Below are positions 57,901 to 64,000 of a stretch of DNA of 64,000 nucleotides, one piece after another. The stretch is taken from positions 2,534 through 66,533 of the forward strand of contig CAYFHS010000010.1 in NCBI GenBank assembly GCA_964342815.1, written 5' to 3'. A program made the translations under genes and the position numbers. Source of the DNA: an uncultured archaeon. Lineage in GTDB: Archaea; Thermoplasmatota; Penumbrarchaeia; JASLWR01. Numbering within the stretch: the first letter of the stretch is position 1; each line of letters opens with the position of its first letter. The notes beneath the pieces were generated by a model, which was not told where the DNA came from, did no database searches, and worked only from the letters and a program-made list of their open reading frames with translations.

Positions 57901-59188
57901 AGACCATGTCAGTTCCCTCATCGTCGCTGTACATTTCAACGAAATACTCCGATTGATGGTCGCCGGGATCTGGATCGGTGAAGTTCCATTCAAGGGTGGG
58001 GGTGCTGCTACCCTGCCACTCGTGGGAATTCGGGGCGAATGGTTCCGGGTCGTCCACAAGGTCTATCTCTATCACCACCTTGTCTATGTAAGGCGTCACC
58101 TCTTCATCCTTGGTGGTGAGAGTGGCATTCCACATCAACTGGGAACCGATGTGCGTAAACACATGGTTGGTATGATTGGCTACAGTATCCCAGTGCTCCC
58201 CGTCAGCTGTAATATTGTAGATTATGTCCGTCCCTGGTGGTTTGTGTTCATACCAGGTCAACCGAACGGCTCCAACAGCCTTCAGAGTGTCATGCAGAAC
58301 TTTGGATTGCACGTGAGACCGGTTGTTCATAATTCCTGTGGCTCCGAAGCGTATGTCGTCGATACCCACCACGTCGCCGCCGTTGTTAGGTATGTTCCAG
58401 ACCACCGATCGTATGGAATTGACCCCGCCGTCAGTAACTCCCATGAATACCATGTTGTTCCTCTGATAGTTATTGTTTGGCGCTGTGGCCGTTGCGATGA
58501 GATTTCCATTTCCCTGCACACCGGAGTAGCCTTTAAGTCTCATACCTCCTCCTTGAAACTTGTCAACCACCATGAACCCGACTCCCGACTGGGCGTTGCC
58601 AAAGGTCATGGTAAATTGAGAATTCGGCCCTATGTTTGTCAGCATTCCCGATGCTTGATGCGGTCCCTCGCCCTGAATGGCCCCACCCTGGTTTCCTTGG
58701 CCCGGCCCTGCGCTATTCTGGACGTTACCGCTGGTGGAGGTCATAGAACTTATACCTATCCCTGCATAGAAGTTTGCCTGCAATGCGCCGTTTGGATGGT
58801 TGTTGAAATTGGCCTGGGTATTGATGAACATACTTCCCATAGCGGTATTGAAGTTTGCAAGACTGACATGACCGGTTGGGGAGCCTCCAGCGCCTCCTGC
58901 TCCGGATAGAAGTATTCTGCCCTGGAACGTGTCCATCCCAGCGGTGGAATTGCTGAAATCTATAAAATCTACATTCTTGAAATCATCTATGAAGACCTTG
59001 CCGTACCTTGTTTTTGACGTATCGGATTCACTGGGAAAAACATTGGAAAGACCGGCAAAACACTCTACACTGCTTTGATCCCATCTGTATGAAACACGGA
59101 GAATGGATGTGAACGAGAGAAAAGAAACTAGGGAAAGGATCAGCACAATTCGCAGAGTACTTGTTTTATCGTTCATCTCATGAGACAT
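54968..59188 (-). CDS. Polymorphic surface protein paralogue 3 (jelly-roll-like variable domain)
   Basis: Same scaffold. Insert has GVGFMVVD...FMGV.D...I.SV.W...D.VGIDDIRFG. Start uncertain (59176-59239). Confidence 0.85.
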   Translation of the reverse strand: MSHEMNDKTSTLRIVLILSLVSFLSFTSILRVSYRWDQSSVECFAGLSNVFPSESDTSKTRYGKVFIDDFKNVDFIDFSNSTAGMDTFQGRILLSGAGGAGGSPTGHVSLANFNTAMGSMFINTQANFNNHPNGALQANFYAGIGISSMTSTSGNVQNSAGPGQGNQGGAIQGEGPHQASGMLTNIGPNSQFTMTFGNAQSGVGFMVVDKFQGGGMRLKGYSGVQGNGNLIATATAPNNNYQRNNMVFMGVTDGGVNSIRSVVWNIPNNGGDVVGIDDIRFGATGIMNNRSHVQSKVLHDTLKAVGAVRLTWYEHKPPGTDIIYNITADGEHWDTVANHTNHVFTHIGSQLMWNATLTTKDEEVTPYIDKVVIEIDLVDDPEPFAPNSHEWQGSSTPTLEWNFTDPDPGDHQSEYFVEMYSDDEGTDMVFNSSWKNSTTPKHVVEDDLEDGTYFWRVRTRDIYHASSNFSALKKIMIDVTKPVRNITIEEGALTVNEQLVDIRINASDNGSGIADMQIINDRGKDGPWEEFKTEKRISLVPSDGLKTIGVRFRDNASIVSEIFNDTIYLDLLGPDEINVSSTTHPTPEMYYNSTLPVFSWDPPREVGGIKGYSYLVDPSPLTEPTKVLYTPNSEITGTFAGEFSGLTDGTWFFHICASDIYDQWGNTSHFRFNIDTSIPLISEMGPDNTVWYNSGNALAEAVFTDIDSFGLDLESIKYSYRISGGNSFSSWTNDGMEFEILEKSTENNPVKVRAYVNIPLSEGSDNTIRWRISDLAGNGPALSEKWSVKVDKSPVTFSMPVPETEEIFLEDMLICGITVSDAGGSGVDGKTIEYAVSKYGEDKKYFQNWTAISNHMVKESIDVSLEIQFEPGKDNYIRWRAKDAVGNGYSISDTYRIWINSPPVPSIMKPYDGETFKEGSIIQLNASGSEDNEGDELSYFWIIKGKTSKKTVFKGHGLGCQAVLDQPGRFLVYLYVDDGLGFNESVKLGIEIVPRPVDEDDDDGNVWDDTIDSDGDLLPDWWEIENGLDPNDPNDASQEKMDAYENELNEKKSNNAAEDGLLAKYWWLLIIIGSLILISVIAVILLAASKKRKEKKQIPTQIPPPKSFHPYPQGQNLGFAPSGYAPMGTPGYGGMYGGRNPQYGAGANPPLALPPGPGAPYSGSPNQAGMPGSWSQQPISPGLHTLPPSAQTASSSAPNYLLPSFTTDQGLQDMNLLALPPAPEYEDVTYGTMGNDPIADHNPSTAVPVPEIVAPYPVPPSSQEIQSPAIPFPDVTPEIATQYPTPAPEIDPSAVASGNYPAPETAAPSPMPPSSPNIVPPAVPPPITSVGSEASSYDDLPGIPAAPSPLPPEAPQPLGQEPPASGQSVFSNVQCHVCTAMNLLTTAERPTIVTCTSCGAQGLVTE

Positions 59189-59239
59189 GTGAACCAATAC
59201 CATAATACATGATATACGAAATATTTCATATTTTCGCAA

Positions 59240-62200
59240 TTATTCTGCAAGGTATCCCTGTGCGCTACAGTTAGTACATGTTATTGTTGTGGGCCGCTCG
59301 GTTGTCTCGACCTGGTTCATGGAACCGCAGGCATGGCATTGAACGCCGGGCAGTTCGGTTTTTTCCTCTACGGGAGACTCAGCAGGCATTTCGGATTCTG
59401 TAGTTCCCTCTGTCGGCAGGGAGGAAAATATATCCTCAAGGGGGCCAGGAACGCTTTCCTCCGTTTCCGGTGCCGGTGATATGGGTCCGTCCACGGCGGG
59501 CTGGTCCTGTGTGTTATCCATTCCGGCTTCATTTACCAAGCCGCTTTCGGCATCGACCTGATCAATTGGGGCCGCTTCCACGCCGGTAGCAGGAGGAAGC
59601 GCCTTAAGATCGAGGTTCGGAGTGCCCAGTCCGGAGGTAGACACCGGAAGAGAATATTCAGGGGAATTTTCAGATGTTTCCTCCTGTTGAGCTCCCATTT
59701 CCGGTGCGATCAATGAAAGGTCCAGGGGAGGTAGTGTCAGGTCCATGAGCGGCTGTAGTTCCATGGGACTTTCCGTGCTCATGGGGAGTGCGGGTCGATG
59801 AGGATCCGGGACGGTACCTGCCGTAGGTGGAAGCTGTACCTGTGGATAATTATTAACAGGCGCCCCTCCCGTCCCTCCTCCCCAACCACCACCGGTTCCA
59901 TAGGACGGAGAATATCCGGGTTGAGATTGCAGCGAAGCGTACATCTCGGAATACTGCGGATAGTGAAAGTCCCTGGAACCCATTGGGTACGGATCAGGAG
60001 AGTAACGCTGCTGAGGGGTATATTCCACATTATCCACCTCTTCTTCATTTTTCCCCTTTTTCACAGTTATTACGATTATCCCAATTATCATCAGCACTAC
60101 GAGAACGCCTACAATGAGCAGGATCCACCAGTAACTCGACAGAAAATCGTCTTCCACAGCTGTCGCACCCTGATGTTTTGCAAGTTCACTGCGATAGAGA
60201 TCTTTCTGTGGATCGGTGGCGTCGTTGGGGTTACCCAGGTTCAGGCCCTTGAGTTCCTCCCACCAGTCCGGGAGCCCGTCGCCGTCGCTGTCCGTTTTAT
60301 CCTCCCACCGCTTCGTCACTTCGTTTCCTGTGGGTTGGGGGATAACCTCGATTGTCAGCTTTATGCTCTCGTTGAAGCCGAGGCCGTCATTCACATACAG
60401 GTAAACCAGATATTTGCCAGTTTTGTCAAGTGTGGTATTGGCATCTGGCCCCCAGGCTTTGAAAACGATCTTTTTGCTGGTCTTCCCCTTTAACTCCCAG
60501 TAGTAGCTGAGCTCGTCCCCCTCGTTATCCTCCGTCCCTATAGCGCTGAGGGTGACTGTGGCGCCATCTTCGAATTTCTGATCGTCGTAAGGTAAGGCAA
60601 TTACCGGGGAGGGAGCCGAATTGACCCAGATACGGACAACTTCGGACACGGCGTATCCGTTCCCAACAGCATCTTTCGCACGCCACATGATATAATTGTC
60701 CCGCCCTGGTTCGAACCCAATGTCCATCAGAACTACGAGGATCTCATTTACCATGTTGTTGTTCGCATTTGTCCAGTTGACAAAATATTTCGAGTCGTTA
60801 CCAAATGCAGAGATAGAATATTCCACAGTCTTTCCATCCACACCGCTTCCGCCTGCATCGCTGATTGTCAGGCCGACGGAAACCATGGTATCTATGGATA
60901 CAATATCATTGGCAGGAAGCGGATCTGAGAAGGTCACCGGGGTGAGGTCCACCTTGATGGTAAGCCTATCGCTCTCAACGGGGCCGTTTCCGGATATATC
61001 GTTTACGCGCCATAATACAGCGTTCCGGTCACCCTCCGCGAGACCCAGCTGAACCCATGCCCTGACCTTCACGGGATTATCATCGATACCTTCCTCCAAT
61101 ATCTCGAATTCCATTTCGTCGGACGTCCATCCCGAGAATGTTCCCTCGCCGCTCTTCCGGTACGAATATTCTATGGTATTGGTGTCCAGACCGAAACCTT
61201 CAGCATCGGCAAAGGTGGCCTCCACAAGGATGTCGGTGCGCCTGAACCATTCACCGTCCGTCGGAACAAATCCGGAGATAACAGGGGCGATGCTGTCTAT
61301 GTTGAACCGGAAATGAGTGGTGTTGCCCCATTGGTCGTAAATGTCACAGGGAGTTATATGAAAATACCACGTCCCCTCGCTGAGCCCGGCAAACTCGCCG
61401 GGATAGGTTCCCGTAAGATCGTTGTTCTGGTTGTAAAGCACTTTAGGTGGTTCTGTGACAGGCGTGCTGTCCACGGTATACGTATATCCCTTTATACCGG
61501 TCACTTCGTACGGCGGTTCCCAGGAGAAGACCGGGAGGGTGCTGTTATAATACACCATGGGATCCGGATGAGTTGGAGAGGTCACTTCGATATCGAAAGG
61601 TCCCTTGAGATCGAAATAGATAGTATCGTTATAATCCTCCGAGACGATCCCCGCGTTATCCCGAAACCGAATAATTATCTTCTTCAACCCGTCGAGAGGG
61701 GTGAGGGCGAAACGTTTCTCTGTGGCGAATTCCTCCCAGGGACCTTCGTTCCCCCGATCACCTATGATCTGCATATCCGCAACGCCCGAAGCGTTGTCGA
61801 AGGCATGGATGGCCAGGTCGACCAGTTTATCGTTTACCGAGGAAATGCCTTCATGTATGGTTATATTGCCCACGGGGCGGGTCACATCGATCTTGAAACT
61901 TTTTTTGTAGGAGTAATTGCTGGCGACATTATAGTTGTCCTTTGTTCGCGCCCTCCAGAAGTATACGCCATCCACCAATGAATCCGATATGGTATGTTCC
62001 GTAAAGGAGGAATTCACCCATGAGGAATTGTATATTTGATTGCTCAACTGTTCATCGTTGTAAATCTCCACCAAGTATTCTGATTGGTAATCGCCCTTAT
62101 CCGGATCAGTGAAGTTCCACTCCAGTTTCGGGGTCTGGGTTCCCTGCCATATATGAGATTGGGGCAGGTGGGGCTGAGGATTGCTGAATAGGTCATACTC

Positions 62201-63412
62201 GATAATGATCTTGTCTATGTACGGGCTGATATTCTTGTCATCGGTCTTTATTGTAGCATTCCATCTCAATGCCGATCCGCGGTGCTCTAGAATGTATGAC
62301 GTTTCGTTCTCAACGGTTATCCAGTTCTTCCCGTCAACACTTAACTTGTATATGATTTCCGTACCCTGGGGAAGATGCTCGAACCAGGTGGCTTTCACAG
62401 CTCCTATGGTCTTGGCCTCATCATACAGTATTTTCGATTGTATATAGGTTATATTCGTGGGAGGCTCGATATCGTTACCGAGGTAGGCGTTGCCGTCTGA
62501 TATTTTGTAACGGTGTGGGTTGTTGTTGTTGGCAGAAATACAATATTCCTCCCCATTGAAAGCCATGTTGTAGATGCTTTCCTGAACGTTGAACTGTCCC
62601 ACCAAAGCGCCATTGGCCGGGTTGATGATGCCAACATTCTGAATATTATTGTTATAGCCCCCCACATATAATAAACCATTAGCAAAGGCAAGACCCCCGT
62701 ACACCCTGGGATTGCCGTTTATATTGAAATTTCTGACATGCTGCCCGTTATCCTTTCGGAGAACCCTCACTTGGTTCTGGTTATAAACCATTGCATAAAC
62801 GTAATTGTCATCGCAGCAAACGCCTCCGGTGGTGCTTCCCATGTGATACGACCATATCTGGTTGTTGCCGCGGTCGGACCATTTATAAACTCTGTCATTT
62901 CCCCAATTTGCAGTATAGTATGTCCCATCCTTATCTCCCCAGAGCTGCATAATATTTCCGGTTCCGCTGTTGAAGGAGCCCAGATAGTTGTTATTAATGT
63001 CGTACCGGTAGATCGTGCTCCCGGCCCACTGGGGATACCAGTACTCATTGTATTTAGGACTGAATCCGCCACCGTGTGATCGTGTGTTCTGGTTCATCCT
63101 GCCTTTATAGGTAGGCGGGATTATGGGGCTGCTACCCCACAGCATAACCCGACCGTCCATTGTGCGAATTGAAGCTGTAGTATTGGAGCTGTCGATATAC
63201 GTCAGATTGTTGAAATCCTCAACAATTCGATTGCCGTAACGAGTTTTTGACTCGGAGATTTCAGGAAGCTCTGGTCGCAAAACCCCGGATTTCTTTGTCT
63301 CTTCCACAGATGATGTGGAGTGAAATACAATGGAGATCATCAGAATGCAGATACCGAAAGATATTAGTTTTGAAAAACCCATTTTTTTCTCAATCAAGAA
63401 ATTTATTGGCAT
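59240..63412 (-). CDS. Polymorphic surface protein paralogue 4 (beta-propeller-like variable domain)
   Basis: Same scaffold. Insert has ~40-aa repeats (IYRYD..GSF, VYKWS, VRVL..G..VRNF, GLAFANG, NMAFNG). Confidence 0.85.
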   Translation of the reverse strand: MPINFLIEKKMGFSKLISFGICILMISIVFHSTSSVEETKKSGVLRPELPEISESKTRYGNRIVEDFNNLTYIDSSNTTASIRTMDGRVMLWGSSPIIPPTYKGRMNQNTRSHGGGFSPKYNEYWYPQWAGSTIYRYDINNNYLGSFNSGTGNIMQLWGDKDGTYYTANWGNDRVYKWSDRGNNQIWSYHMGSTTGGVCCDDNYVYAMVYNQNQVRVLRKDNGQHVRNFNINGNPRVYGGLAFANGLLYVGGYNNNIQNVGIINPANGALVGQFNVQESIYNMAFNGEEYCISANNNNPHRYKISDGNAYLGNDIEPPTNITYIQSKILYDEAKTIGAVKATWFEHLPQGTEIIYKLSVDGKNWITVENETSYILEHRGSALRWNATIKTDDKNISPYIDKIIIEYDLFSNPQPHLPQSHIWQGTQTPKLEWNFTDPDKGDYQSEYLVEIYNDEQLSNQIYNSSWVNSSFTEHTISDSLVDGVYFWRARTKDNYNVASNYSYKKSFKIDVTRPVGNITIHEGISSVNDKLVDLAIHAFDNASGVADMQIIGDRGNEGPWEEFATEKRFALTPLDGLKKIIIRFRDNAGIVSEDYNDTIYFDLKGPFDIEVTSPTHPDPMVYYNSTLPVFSWEPPYEVTGIKGYTYTVDSTPVTEPPKVLYNQNNDLTGTYPGEFAGLSEGTWYFHITPCDIYDQWGNTTHFRFNIDSIAPVISGFVPTDGEWFRRTDILVEATFADAEGFGLDTNTIEYSYRKSGEGTFSGWTSDEMEFEILEEGIDDNPVKVRAWVQLGLAEGDRNAVLWRVNDISGNGPVESDRLTIKVDLTPVTFSDPLPANDIVSIDTMVSVGLTISDAGGSGVDGKTVEYSISAFGNDSKYFVNWTNANNNMVNEILVVLMDIGFEPGRDNYIMWRAKDAVGNGYAVSEVVRIWVNSAPSPVIALPYDDQKFEDGATVTLSAIGTEDNEGDELSYYWELKGKTSKKIVFKAWGPDANTTLDKTGKYLVYLYVNDGLGFNESIKLTIEVIPQPTGNEVTKRWEDKTDSDGDGLPDWWEELKGLNLGNPNDATDPQKDLYRSELAKHQGATAVEDDFLSSYWWILLIVGVLVVLMIIGIIVITVKKGKNEEEVDNVEYTPQQRYSPDPYPMGSRDFHYPQYSEMYASLQSQPGYSPSYGTGGGWGGGTGGAPVNNYPQVQLPPTAGTVPDPHRPALPMSTESPMELQPLMDLTLPPLDLSLIAPEMGAQQEETSENSPEYSLPVSTSGLGTPNLDLKALPPATGVEAAPIDQVDAESGLVNEAGMDNTQDQPAVDGPISPAPETEESVPGPLEDIFSSLPTEGTTESEMPAESPVEEKTELPGVQCHACGSMNQVETTERPTTITCTNCSAQGYLAE

Positions 63413-63692
63413 ATGCTACCACCTTGTTATACACGTATAAATTATCGTAAAAATAAAGATTACGATATAGCTTATTAAGCGGGAAATCGAATCCCAATTA
63501 AGAAATACTCTATCTTTTTTCCTACATTTAAATTTTTATATTCCTACTTCGAATTTTTTAGATTTCTAAAATTCACTATTATTTACACGACATCAAAGCA
63601 AATAAATCAAGAACCTCATGTCAGCGACAAAACATTCTTGGGGCTGTCCCTAAATAGAATCGATCCTTATGTCAAGAGACAAAAAGGGTAAT

Positions 63693-64000
63693 TTAAACGG
63701 CGAATCCCTGCACGCCACAGGAAGAACAGATCACAACCGCCGGTCGTACGTTCGTGGTCACCTGATTCACGGCCCCGCAGGCGTGACAGGGGATGCTCTG
63801 GGGCGATGGAGTTGGCGGAATCTCCGGTGCTGGGGGAGACTGGGTGGGAAGGGGCGGTTCAGCAGGGGGCAGGGGTAGCTCACCGCTTTGACGTTGACCG
63901 AATATATCATTCAGCAGGTCGTCCGCGCTTTTTGCGGTGGAAATCAACGGTTGCGGTGAACGGGGAACCACTTGCGGTACAGCTGGAGATGAAGACGGAA
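63693..64000 (-). CDS. Polymorphic surface protein paralogue 5, C-terminal fragment (runs off the window)
   Basis: Frame is open to the window edge. Pro-rich segment ends in CHACGAVNQVTTNVRPAVVICSSCGVQG, matching the other four C-termini. Confidence 0.8.
   Translation of the reverse strand, partial: PSSSPAVPQVVPRSPQPLISTAKSADDLLNDIFGQRQSGELPLPPAEPPLPTQSPPAPEIPPTPSPQSIPCHACGAVNQVTTNVRPAVVICSSCGVQGFAV

Noticed and set aside
57797-58909. Long antisense ORFs (e.g. 370 aa here; also 30445-31134, 22730-23416, 49740-50453)
   Set aside because: They lie wholly opposite well-supported genes and have no recognisable motifs; they are shadow ORFs from codon bias.
59188-59242. Read-through fusion of paralogues 4 and 3 (in frame, separated only by TAA)
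   Set aside because: Paralogue 4 ends at the family C-terminus (QGYLAE) and paralogue 3 has its own signal peptide. The open AT-rich spacer is probably chance.
46497-64000. Diversity-generating retroelement driving the variable domains
   Set aside because: No reverse transcriptase or template/variable repeat pair is visible. The variation is whole-domain replacement rather than adenine-specific substitution.

Overview
Archaeal chromosomal window, most consistent with a Thermoplasmatota genome. Evidence for this is PolD DP2, Alba, the ftsZ-secE-spt5-uL11-uL1-uL10-P1 cluster, ScpA/ScpB, a PAC2 chaperone, GGTGA/GGAGG ribosome-binding sites and TATA-box promoters. Housekeeping genes (glmS, glmU-like, cysS, methylmalonyl-CoA mutase/epimerase, tRNA-Gly) are interspersed with very large single-pass membrane proteins. 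Main observations: (1) From 46.5 kb to the window end lies a tandem array of at least five ~1,400-aa paralogues. They share a conserved scaffold and a conserved cytoplasmic Pro-rich/zinc-ribbon tail, but each of the four complete copies carries a different ~180-230-aa domain inserted at the same N-terminal site, like a polymorphic receptor/adhesin cassette array. It sits next to an orphan contractile tail-sheath gene. (2) A 2,919-aa surface protein has a cytoplasmic part that is a degenerate PEP-synthase ATP-grasp domain. (3) Two membrane-protein genes are interrupted by single in-frame TAG codons. (4) tRNA-acceptor-like tandem repeats follow tRNA-Gly and share motifs with an unexplained structured element at ~300-520. 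All calls come from reading the sequence and ORF translations; no database searches were run.
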